From the NCBI GenBank assembly GCA_964497585.1, contig CAZCDS010000010.1:1-55535 (forward strand): a stretch of 55,535 nt of DNA. The letters are read 5' to 3'. The stretch is from an uncultured Syntrophaceae bacterium. GTDB taxonomy: Bacteria > Desulfobacterota > Desulfomonilia > Desulfomonilales > Desulfomonilaceae. The notes under the pieces were generated by a model that searched no databases, was not told the origin of the DNA, and was given only the letters and a program-made list of their open reading frames with translations. A program made the position numbers and the translations under genes. This document shows, piece by piece, positions 36,688-46,741 of the stretch; within the stretch, counting starts at the first letter, position 1, and every line of letters begins with the position of its first letter.

Positions 36688-38109
36688 ATGATCAACCTTC
36701 GCTTCGGATTCCCCGAAATGAAATCCTTTATGAAGGACTCCTGGGCCCTCGGCTGGCCCATTATCTTGATCATGTTCTTCCAGTTCGCCATCGGAATTAC
36801 CGACGTGTACGTGGCCGGATACCTGGGAACCGACGTGGTCGCGGCGGTGGGGTATGTGGGCCAGCTCTATTGGACACTCATGATCATCGCCAACGGCATC
36901 TCTGTCGGCACGGTTTCCATGGTTTCCCAGGCATACGGTGCACGCGTGCCTGCCGGAGCCGGAAGCGTAACAGCGCATTCGCTCTCCTTGGGATTCGCAG
37001 TCGGCGGGCTTGTCACGGTCCTCGCGGGACTCTACCCCGCGTCATTCGTGCGGTTGTCCGGGATGCCCGGACAAATAGAAGACATCGCGACGGCGTTCAT
37101 CCGGATCTTCTCACTGGTGATCGTCCCGACGTACTTCTCGATCATAACCGCGGGCGTACTGCGGGCTTCCGATCGGGTCCGCATAGCCATGCTTAACAGC
37201 TTCGTCGCCGCGCTCGTCAACGTTTTCGGCGATTTCGTTCTTGCTTTTGGATGGGGGCCCATACCGGCGTTCGGTTACCGGGGAATCGCCTGGTCGACCG
37301 CCTGCGCCACCACCGTGGGCATGTCGCTTAATCTGATACACTTCTGCTACGGCCCGGCGCGGATTCGTTTGAGATTCTTCCGCCACCCCCTCTCCCGGTG
37401 TTATCGAAACCTCGTCAAGTTGGGAGTTCCATCGGCTTTGCAGCAGGTGGCGTGGAACGCGGGAACCCTCGTTGTCTACTTTCTCGTGGGACACTTGCAG
37501 CAGGGGGAGATCACCGCGCTGGCCGCCATGACCGCAGGGCTGAGGGTCGAAGCCGTGATCTTTCTGCCGATCTTCGCCTTCAATATGGCCGCGGCCGTGC
37601 TCACGGGCAATCGACTCGGCGCCTACGACGTCAGCGGCGCGAGATCCGGAGCCAAGGCAGCTTCATTGCTCTGCATCATGGTGGTGGTTCTTCCTGCCCT
37701 CGCCATATTCATCTTAGCGAGCAGGATCGCCGGACTGCTCACCTCGGACGCCGCGGTGATAGCGGAAATGACACGCTACCTCCGCATCAACATGGTTCAG
37801 GTGCCCTTCATGGCTGTCGGCGTCACACTTTCCGGGGCCTTGCAGGGAGCCGGAGACACCTTTGCCACCATGCGGATAGTCTTCACCGGAATGTGGATGG
37901 TCAGGATTCCGTTCATCCTGGGAGCAATCTATTGGCTGCGGTCAGGGCCGGTCGGCGTCTGGTGGGCCATGTGCTTTTCCATCATTATCATGTGCGGGCT
38001 GCTCGCGTACCGATTCCACGGAGACGCGTGGACAACGGCGTCGGTCGATAAGGACAGGAAGACCCTGCTCTGGGAGGCGTGCTTGAAACAGTCCGCAAGC
38101 GGGGATTGA
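36688..38109 (+). CDS. MATE-family multidrug/oligosaccharidyl-lipid efflux transporter.
   Basis: 473 aa from MINLRF (AGGGAG RBS). 12 predicted TM helices. Typical MATE N-terminus ...ALGWPIILIMFFQFAIGITDVYVAG. Confidence 0.8.
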   Translation: MINLRFGFPEMKSFMKDSWALGWPIILIMFFQFAIGITDVYVAGYLGTDVVAAVGYVGQLYWTLMIIANGISVGTVSMVSQAYGARVPAGAGSVTAHSLSLGFAVGGLVTVLAGLYPASFVRLSGMPGQIEDIATAFIRIFSLVIVPTYFSIITAGVLRASDRVRIAMLNSFVAALVNVFGDFVLAFGWGPIPAFGYRGIAWSTACATTVGMSLNLIHFCYGPARIRLRFFRHPLSRCYRNLVKLGVPSALQQVAWNAGTLVVYFLVGHLQQGEITALAAMTAGLRVEAVIFLPIFAFNMAAAVLTGNRLGAYDVSGARSGAKAASLLCIMVVVLPALAIFILASRIAGLLTSDAAVIAEMTRYLRINMVQVPFMAVGVTLSGALQGAGDTFATMRIVFTGMWMVRIPFILGAIYWLRSGPVGVWWAMCFSIIIMCGLLAYRFHGDAWTTASVDKDRKTLLWEACLKQSASGD

Positions 38110-38333
38110 TCGCGACGGGGGTTCCCAAGAAAAGCGGTAATCGGGGCACCGCTCCGGGAGCGAGATCCCATGAAAGACCCTGCACGTTGATTCGCCAACC
38201 TCGCCCTCTCGCAGAGGCGGAGAGCACAGGCGGAATTCCAGCTTCCCCATTTCCGGAGGGAGGTTTAGCGCGACGAGGGCTTTCATCTCCCGTGGGACAG
38301 GGGATTGCGCCTGTCAATGCATGGGAGTTGGTA

Positions 38334-39689
38334 TCACAGACCAGGCCAGTCCACATTGTTCGGCAGGTATTGACATCGATCCGATCGTCTGAAGTACGCG
38401 ACGAAATCTTTCGGATATGAGCGGTCCACATATCTGGTGAGCGTGCTTCGGCTCTGTTGAGGAGAGAGTCTGGTCCTGCTCACGATCGTCCCGTCCTCGT
38501 TCGCGTAGTAGAGAATGCCGACGCAACTGCCCGGATTGGCATCGCCGTGAATCGCCCGCACGCAACCGGCAAGAGCCAGCGCTTTGGCCAGGTCCCTCGT
38601 GCTGATGTGGTGCCCAAGAGCGTAGACAAGATTACCATCTTTTCGTATACCGAAGCCGCTTCGCATGGCTATGTACCACAAAGGTCCCCTGTTGATATTG
38701 AGGATCCGTTTCTTCTCTTGCGTGTTTTTCCCTTGTGGCCTGAGTACCGGCCTGTCCTCGTTGAGCAGAAATCCGAGACCGATCTCCGCGTCAACATCTT
38801 TGCCTCCCCTCCTGATTGAGGTGACGACCTTGCCGTCCTTCACGATCAGGTGTTTCAATTGGCGTGCGTCACGAACCTGAGATACGGGGATCCGATCGTT
38901 CCATTCCCGGATGTCCACCGACCCGTCCTGGAACATGATAAGCGTCGCTATTCCGTTCACCATCTTCTTCAGGACCTTGCCCCGGCAGACGAGGCCACCG
39001 CGTATGGTGTGTCTGCTTTGCCACAGGGCATTGGTGATTGCCAGAAGGAAAGGTTGCTCGAATCGCTCCACTTTGGAATCGCACTCCGACGCTCCAGGCT
39101 CGTTGGACCCTGCGTAAAGCCTGACAGAAACCCGCTTCAAATTGAACAGAAGCATGTACACGATCGAGTTGGGGAATTCCGCGCTGGGCCGGTACACGGT
39201 CCTGCAGATCAAAGGCGGATCGTTGTCGCCTCCAGGTACCCTTGTCCGTTGCCAAATTCCTTCTCCGGCCAACTCCGGCTCGCTGTACAAGGGAGGGATA
39301 TCTGTTACCTCTACAGTGCGCTCAGCCTCGGCCATCGCGCCCAACCGCTCGAGAAGCATATGGAATGTCTTCTCGTGCCCTTTTTCCAGGGCCCAGCGCA
39401 ACGCGGTATTGCCGTCCCGTTCGGTTGCCCGAGCGTCCGCTCCCTTCTCAAGCAACAGTTTGACGAGTCTCGTGTTGCCTTTCATCGCAGCGAGCATCAG
39501 TGCGGTTGTACCGAAATTGTTTGTTGCATTGACATCCGCGCCTTCGGCCAGCATGCGTTCCGCCCGTTCTTCATCACCCGCGAGTACGGCATCCCAGAGC
39601 CCCATTTCAAGCGCGGTCAAGCCATGAACCCGACCGACAACAAACAGCAGACTACAAACTACAACCACACACACACAAGCTTTTCTCAT
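38334..39689 (-). CDS. Secreted protein with N-terminal ankyrin repeats and a C-terminal phosphodiester-glycosidase-like (DUF2233/NAGPA-like) domain.
   Basis: Signal peptide MRKACVCVVVVCSLLFVVGRVHG. Three ankyrin repeats (...GADVNATNNFGTTALMLAAMKGNTRLVKLLLEKGAD...). C-terminal ~280 aa ends ...ALGHHISTRDLAKALALAGCVRAIHGDANPGSCVGILYY. The domain assignment is tentative. Confidence 0.55.
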   Translation of the reverse strand: MRKACVCVVVVCSLLFVVGRVHGLTALEMGLWDAVLAGDEERAERMLAEGADVNATNNFGTTALMLAAMKGNTRLVKLLLEKGADARATERDGNTALRWALEKGHEKTFHMLLERLGAMAEAERTVEVTDIPPLYSEPELAGEGIWQRTRVPGGDNDPPLICRTVYRPSAEFPNSIVYMLLFNLKRVSVRLYAGSNEPGASECDSKVERFEQPFLLAITNALWQSRHTIRGGLVCRGKVLKKMVNGIATLIMFQDGSVDIREWNDRIPVSQVRDARQLKHLIVKDGKVVTSIRRGGKDVDAEIGLGFLLNEDRPVLRPQGKNTQEKKRILNINRGPLWYIAMRSGFGIRKDGNLVYALGHHISTRDLAKALALAGCVRAIHGDANPGSCVGILYYANEDGTIVSRTRLSPQQSRSTLTRYVDRSYPKDFVAYFRRSDRCQYLPNNVDWPGL

Positions 39690-40690
39690 GACTCGTCACC
39701 GTCCGCTATGCAGGAAAAGTTACCGGGACCGACTGATGAATCGCTGGACAAGCTGGATTTCACCGTTTGTTCCTGATCAGCTGTCCCTCCGCTATTGGGC
39801 GCACGAATCCCACGCCCTACCGTCAGCGTCATTCTCGACGCTGGACCTACTGCTCAAAGCTATCTGGTAATGGTGCCCCAAGAGAAATGTTGAGGCTACA
39901 TTGACAGGTCACATTCTCGAATCACACAAGACTCTTGCTCTGTCGCTGAGGAGACGCTTGCAGAGCTATCCCATTGACCACCTGACCCCTTCTCCCAGGA
40001 GGTGGAATTGTTGAGTCCATCCCATAAATTATAAGTCGGAATTGTCTTGTCGGTGTTGCCTGGTTCGCCCGGAAACGCCGGCATCTTGACGTGTCTCTCA
40101 GACGGGTATTCGTCCCTTCCTTACTCCTCCGCTCTCTATTGTCTCAACCATTGTAGACTCTGACCACTCTCGTCGAAGAAAGTTTCAAATTCTTTGGGAC
40201 ACGGGAACTCTTTTTTTGCGGTTCCAGGTCTCTTGGTTCCGAGGCTGGCGACTGGGAAGGACGAAGATGACCGTCGCACTTCCGGCAGAGTGGTCACCTT
40301 GGCGCAAGCGGGGGGCCAGAAACCATGGAAAAACCAATTGTCGGTTTGAAAGGAAGAGATAACCAACGGCAGGGAAGGACCAAAACCTTGACACATAACG
40401 AGGCAGGAGGCTAATCATTCGACCGCCCTTTGCACCTTGTCGAACATTACCTCCAGTTCACCACCTTTAACGGTGACGGGATCGTATGCCGCGGTAAACA
40501 TCGGAGTGCAGCCTAAACTTTGGAGTGTTTTTCACAAGCCACTGAGGATCCGGCTACGATATTTCCTCTGATCGATTTTTTCAAAAATTCACGTCGATCC
40601 ATAAATCCTCCATTTCTTTTCTCCCTCAGACGGCCATGGATAGTCTCATCCTGCCTTCGCTTGTGGTACAGCGGTAAGTTGAGTGGCGTG

Positions 40691-41599
40691 CTATCTGCTT
40701 TTCAGCTTCTCGATTAGTCGGTTGGACGTGGAATTTACCTTATCTTGACTGCGCCCGATCACAATGGCAATGTATCGCCCGGTTTGGTTGACCACGACCA
40801 ACTCTTTTTCGGGGCCGACCATTGAGTACCGATTTCCTTGCAGGGCACGGTTCATGAATTTAGGGTTATTATTGAGACGTGTGGTGGCGTATTTGAATGC
40901 CTCGGCACTCTCGCCTTTGTCTGCATAACCAAACACGAAGGCCTGACAATCCCCGACGGTGCCGATCATGCCCTCACGGAAGCGGAAAATATTTTCCGTA
41001 TCAAGGATGTAGCTGTTCATCACGCCAAGGGGTCCGCGAACGTATTTCGGATGGGAAAACCCGAGCGGCTGACGAAGCAGTAGATCTGCCAGCTCGGGCC
41101 GTTCGCCTGTGTTGGAGATGCGCGAATCGACTGCCTTTGCCAGCCCGACAACACCTTGGACGGTTCGCTCCTCTGAGTCCCGGCCGATCACCGTGACCAG
41201 CAGGTTTCCTTTCCAGAAGTTGAGGTAATAATCTTGGAGCATTGCCTCCTGGCCGATCGACATGGCTTTACCATTGTCACCTATCTTGAAAGTGTAGATG
41301 CCGTATGCCGAGGCTGGGCTTTTCATTTCATATATTTCCAGACCGATAGATCTTCCGCTTACATCCACATACTCTGCGCTCAGCACTTGCCTAAATCCAT
41401 ATTCATGGTAAATACCGGCCCCACCGTTGATCATCCTGAAGAGCTGATCACCGCGATAGCTTTTTGGTTCGCCGCTCATTTTCCAGCCAACAACCTCACC
41501 GCTTGCCGGCAGGTAACCGGATAGCTCCCCTGGCGCTTGTTGCGCCGCTGCGCTCGCCGCAATGAGGAGCAGGGTAATACCGATGAGTTTTACATGCAT
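40691..41599 (-). CDS. Secreted hypothetical protein (signal peptide).
   Basis: Start at MHVKLIGITLLLIAASAAAQQ (ATG 41599, RBS AGAGG). 4-bp overlap with the upstream DUF362 gene. Confidence 0.55.
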   Translation of the reverse strand: MHVKLIGITLLLIAASAAAQQAPGELSGYLPASGEVVGWKMSGEPKSYRGDQLFRMINGGAGIYHEYGFRQVLSAEYVDVSGRSIGLEIYEMKSPASAYGIYTFKIGDNGKAMSIGQEAMLQDYYLNFWKGNLLVTVIGRDSEERTVQGVVGLAKAVDSRISNTGERPELADLLLRQPLGFSHPKYVRGPLGVMNSYILDTENIFRFREGMIGTVGDCQAFVFGYADKGESAEAFKYATTRLNNNPKFMNRALQGNRYSMVGPEKELVVVNQTGRYIAIVIGRSQDKVNSTSNRLIEKLKSR

Positions 41600-41610
41600 G
41601 ATGGCGCCTC

Positions 41611-42579
41611 TCAAAGCGTTACCTCTCTGACCTGAATGTCCGACAGGCGGATTTCTCCTAGTCCGTGCTCATGCGCCATTCTGGTCGTTTGAATCGCTTC
41701 ACCCTTGATGCCAAGCAGATTGGCGCCGTACACATCCATAGCTACCCGATCCACGCCGGCGAAGACTACCTGCGGCTTGATCAGTTTTCCCGGACCATAC
41801 GGACCGTTGGTGGTGATAATTTCCGTGCCATCGAAGACACACAGATCCGGCCTCCTCACCAGATTTACATCGGCGATGCATTGTGAGAGAAACTCGACAT
41901 CGTCGTAGTATCCGGTTGACCCGGATCCGTGATGAAAGAACCCGTTGGTGCTGGCTGACGTCGCGCCCATCATGTTCTTCATGGTCCCTGTAAAGCGAAC
42001 CCCGGTGTGGTCTTTCGCGATGGGGATGTTGATGAACACGTCGCAATCCAGCAATCCTCTGGCGATCTCGGCTTTCTTTAATGAACGGCCTTTCGGAACG
42101 GCCACTTCCGTATAATCGCCGCCCAGGTACCTGATGCCCTTGATTTCGTCACGGAATCTCTCGGAGAGCACGCCGCGCCGCCAATAGGAATTTCCGAGTT
42201 TTTTGAAGACGCCGATTTCCTTCGCTCCGGCGTCTAAGCACATGCGGATCACAGCCAGAGTAATCTCCGGTTTCACGTAGCTGCCCGGATTCTGCCAGGA
42301 AGAGTTGATCAACAGACCCACTTTCGATTGCTTCGAGACGAATTTGCTCATCCCGCCTAGGATTTCTACGGCCTTGATCGTGTTCTTGAAATAATTTGAA
42401 CTCTTAACCGCCGCTATGTCAACTCGGGCGTCGGCGAATGCGAGGTTGTGCATCCATCCGACAGTACTGCCTCCCAGGATCGATGAAGCGCCCAGAACGG
42501 TGCTCCTCTTGATGAATTCGCGGCGATCAAAACTGAACCTGTTGTTCTTTTCTTTTGTATCAATAGGTGCTTTGCTCAT
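41611..42579 (-). CDS. DUF362-family protein with a Tat signal peptide.
   Basis: RREFIKRSTVLGASSIL twin-arginine motif. ~320-aa body typical of DUF362 proteins. Confidence 0.5.
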   Translation of the reverse strand: MSKAPIDTKEKNNRFSFDRREFIKRSTVLGASSILGGSTVGWMHNLAFADARVDIAAVKSSNYFKNTIKAVEILGGMSKFVSKQSKVGLLINSSWQNPGSYVKPEITLAVIRMCLDAGAKEIGVFKKLGNSYWRRGVLSERFRDEIKGIRYLGGDYTEVAVPKGRSLKKAEIARGLLDCDVFINIPIAKDHTGVRFTGTMKNMMGATSASTNGFFHHGSGSTGYYDDVEFLSQCIADVNLVRRPDLCVFDGTEIITTNGPYGPGKLIKPQVVFAGVDRVAMDVYGANLLGIKGEAIQTTRMAHEHGLGEIRLSDIQVREVTL

Positions 42580-42640
42580 TCCAATTTCTCCTTTTAGAAT
42601 GACTATCTGAAGTCTCTCTCTACCTTGCCGTATCGGCAGA

Positions 42641-43687
<1,047 letters not shown>

Positions 43688-43693
43688 TCATAA

Positions 43694-44092
43694 TCAGCCA
43701 CCGTACTGTTCTTCGCTCACTTGTTCAAACCAGTCGGCAGTCGTGCCATCGAGTTGTTCCTGGATGGCGATGTGTGTCATGGACGTGGTAGACGATGCTC
43801 CGTGCCAGTGCTTCTCATTCGGCGGGATCCAAACGATATCCCCCGGGCGGATCGCCTCGACAGGTCCACCCTCGCGTTGCACTCTACCGCAACCCGCTGT
43901 GACAATCAGGATCTGCCCCACCGGGTGGGTATGCCATGCCGTTCGTGCGCCCGGTTCAAACGTCACACTCGCGCCGGTCACACGGGATGGCGCATTTGCC
44001 GACAGAAACATTGGGTCAATACGCACGACGCCTGTAAACCACTCGCCGGGTCCTGGGATTGATGCCTGCGTTCCTGCTCTTCTAATTTCCAT
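43694..44092 (-). CDS. Cupin-domain protein.
   Basis: 132 aa with cupin motifs ...[24 protein letters not shown]... and ...[17 protein letters not shown].... Confidence 0.8.
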   Translation of the reverse strand: MEIRRAGTQASIPGPGEWFTGVVRIDPMFLSANAPSRVTGASVTFEPGARTAWHTHPVGQILIVTAGCGRVQREGGPVEAIRPGDIVWIPPNEKHWHGASSTTSMTHIAIQEQLDGTTADWFEQVSEEQYGG

Positions 44093-44107
44093 AGTTTTTG
44101 CTCCCTT

Positions 44108-45295
44108 CTATAGCGCCGATCTTAATACTTCGACGATATCCTCTTTGCTCATGGGCGGACGTCCTGGGAGTTTGCCATTCTCGTCGTGGACGACAAGCAC
44201 CGCATCCTCCGCGTAGCGCGAAAACAGATCATCACCGATGCCAAGCTCCGAAAGACGTGTGGGGCATCCAATGGAGCGCAAAAAGTCCTCAAACTTGTCA
44301 ATAGCTTCCATGGCCAGGCTCATGTCGTCTTTCTCCGTCGCCGACAAGCCGAAGATGCGCTGTGCGAACTGGACGAAACGAGAGGGACGGGCCTTGGCGG
44401 CAAAGCGCATCCACGCCGGGTTGACCACCGCCAGTCCTGCTCCATGAGTGATGTCGTGGTGGGCGGAGAGAGCGTGCTCGATCATGTGTACCGGGGGTGT
44501 GTAGTTCGTGCCGACTTGCACCCAACCGTTAAGGGCCACAATTGATGCCCATTGCACCTGAGCGCGCGCTTCGAGGTCGCTCCCGTCGGCTACTGCCTTC
44601 CGCCCCCATTCCATGGCGTTGATAATGACTCCTTCTGCGAAACGGTCCTGGATTGGCGTGCCGTCGACACCGGTGAAGTAGCCTTCAGTCACGTGGGTGA
44701 TAATGTCGCAGACGCCGTAGGCGGTCTGATCTTTCGGCACGGTCAGGGTCAACTCGGGATCGACCAGCGCCACCTTCGGGAAGAGGCAGTCGGCGATTAC
44801 AAAGGATTTCACTTTTGATGCATCATTACTGATAACGGCTCCCTTGTTCATCTCCGAACCGGTGGCGGCCAGACTGGGCACGGTGATGATGGGCAGGGCG
44901 TTCGTCGGGATCACCCAGTTATCCTGTCCGTGGCCAATCATATCCCAGGGTTCGCCGTCATACAGAGCTGCCGCCGCAATCACCTTGGATGCGTCCATTG
45001 TACTACCGCCGCCCAGGGCGATGACTACGTCGCAGCCCTCGTTGCGGGCTATGTTCGCGCCGCGGGCTACTGAGGTAATTCGAGGATTGGGCTCGACACC
45101 GGAGCATTCCGCCACGGAAACACCGGCGTCCTTCAGACTCGCCACAGCGCGATCGAACACACCGTTGCGCTTGACGCTGCCGCCGCCGGTGACGACCAGG
45201 GCGCGATTGCCGCAGGAACGAGCCACCTCGCCCAAGCGCGATAACGTCCCAGCTCCTAAGATGATCTTCGTCGGGTTTTGGAATTCGAATTCCAT
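44108..45295 (-). CDS. Iron-containing (group III) alcohol dehydrogenase.
   Basis: Start at MEFEFQNPTKIILGAG (AGGAGA RBS). GGGSTMD motif and the His-rich metal site of Fe-ADH. Confidence 0.85.
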   Translation of the reverse strand: MEFEFQNPTKIILGAGTLSRLGEVARSCGNRALVVTGGGSVKRNGVFDRAVASLKDAGVSVAECSGVEPNPRITSVARGANIARNEGCDVVIALGGGSTMDASKVIAAAALYDGEPWDMIGHGQDNWVIPTNALPIITVPSLAATGSEMNKGAVISNDASKVKSFVIADCLFPKVALVDPELTLTVPKDQTAYGVCDIITHVTEGYFTGVDGTPIQDRFAEGVIINAMEWGRKAVADGSDLEARAQVQWASIVALNGWVQVGTNYTPPVHMIEHALSAHHDITHGAGLAVVNPAWMRFAAKARPSRFVQFAQRIFGLSATEKDDMSLAMEAIDKFEDFLRSIGCPTRLSELGIGDDLFSRYAEDAVLVVHDENGKLPGRPPMSKEDIVEVLRSAL

Positions 45296-45483
45296 TATGG
45301 TCTCCTTGCTTGATATCGTCTTGATGATCACAGTCTAATCCTCTCGAACAGAACACGGTAGCTCAATCCTATCGGATTTTTGCCTATTCTTCCGAATGGT
45401 CGAAAAAAGTTGGCGGAAGATGTTCGGGCGTGCTATTTTCAGAATAAGATTATTTTCGACGATATTCGTAAGGCGGTAAAGGA

Positions 45484-46398
45484 ATGAAAAAGGATGGAGT
45501 CATGAAATCTGCGCTTGATGAATTGCGAAAGAAAATTGCCCGATGGACCGAGCAGGGCGATCTAGAGACGACCGCAGTCCCCGGTTTGTCACTCTATCGA
45601 CGGGACGAGCCGTCGGAACCGATCAGTGGAATGTATGAGCCGAGCATTTGCGTCGTCGCACAAGGCGCAAAGCGTGTGATTCTTGGTGACGACGACTCAT
45701 ATGTGTATGACACTCGCCACTATTTGATTACATCCGTGCATTTGCCTACGGTTGTGCAGATCATTGATGCCAGCGAAGATAAGCCTTATCTAGGTTTCAA
45801 GTTGAGACTCGATATGCGCGAGATTTCGCAAATGATGGTGGACAGTAATCTCCCTGCCCCCCGCGTGCAACAGTCCAGTCGCGGCATGGCGACCGGCGAG
45901 GTGACGCTGTCTCTGCTTAACGCTTTTCAGCGGCTGGTCGATTTACTTGCAGATGAAAAGGACATCCCCATTCTTGCGCCGACTATCCAACGGGAAATCG
46001 TTTACCGCTTGCTCGTGGGCGATCAAGGGGCACGTCTGCGTCAAATTGCGACGACGGGAAGTCAGAGTCAGCAGATCGCTCGGGTTATTGAATGGTTAAA
46101 GGCGAACTTCGCCCAGCCGTTTCGTGTCGACGATCTATCGGCCAAGGCAGGGATGAGCGCCTCAACCTTTCATCACCATTTCCGGTCGATGACCGCTCTA
46201 AGCCCCTTGCAGTACCTGAAACAGCTACGGTTGCAAGAAGCCAGACGGCTGATGCTTACGGAGAGCCTGGATGCGGGGACAGCGGCATTCCAAGTCGGTT
46301 ACGAAAGTCCTTCTCAATTCAGTCGCGAATACAGCCGCCTCTTCGGGGCGCCACCGCTGCGAGACATTACAAACTTGCGTCAAATGGCGGCTGTATAA
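45484..46398 (+). CDS. AraC-family transcriptional regulator.
   Basis: N-terminal AraC-type effector-binding domain, C-terminal double HTH (...FHHHFRSMTALSPLQYLKQLRLQEARRLM...QVGYESPSQFSREYSRLFG...). Confidence 0.85.
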   Translation: MKKDGVMKSALDELRKKIARWTEQGDLETTAVPGLSLYRRDEPSEPISGMYEPSICVVAQGAKRVILGDDDSYVYDTRHYLITSVHLPTVVQIIDASEDKPYLGFKLRLDMREISQMMVDSNLPAPRVQQSSRGMATGEVTLSLLNAFQRLVDLLADEKDIPILAPTIQREIVYRLLVGDQGARLRQIATTGSQSQQIARVIEWLKANFAQPFRVDDLSAKAGMSASTFHHHFRSMTALSPLQYLKQLRLQEARRLMLTESLDAGTAAFQVGYESPSQFSREYSRLFGAPPLRDITNLRQMAAV

Positions 46399-46501
46399 AG
46401 ATTGTAGCTTCCCGCAAATTCATGTGACAAACGGAATGGAAGTTCCGATCAAAGCATGGGGAAGGGGCATTGCCCGACGGACCGGTAAAGCCGACCAGCA
46501 C

Positions 46502-46741
46502 ATGACTGCGGTCCCAGGCTTCTCACTTCGTCGGCGGGACGAACCGACCCCGCCGATCAGCGTGACGTATGAACCGCGCATTTGCGTGAACGCACAAGGG
46601 GCCAAACACGTGCTGCTCAGAGACGAGACGTATGGTTATGGCCGGCGGCATTTCTTGTCCAAAGACGATGAGGCCATGGAAAATATCACCAGATACATCA
46701 TGCGGGCATCCTTCATCCGGGATGTGGATGCTCCGACATGA
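46502..46741 (+). pseudogene. Fragment paralogous to the AraC regulator N-terminal domain.
   Basis: MTAVPGFSLRRRDEPTPPISVTYEPRICVNAQGAKHVLLRDETYGYGRRHFL aligns with residues ~30-80 of the upstream AraC (TAVPGLSLYRRDEPSEPISGMYEPSICVVAQGAKRVILGDDDSYVYDTRHYL), then diverges and terminates. Confidence 0.45.
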
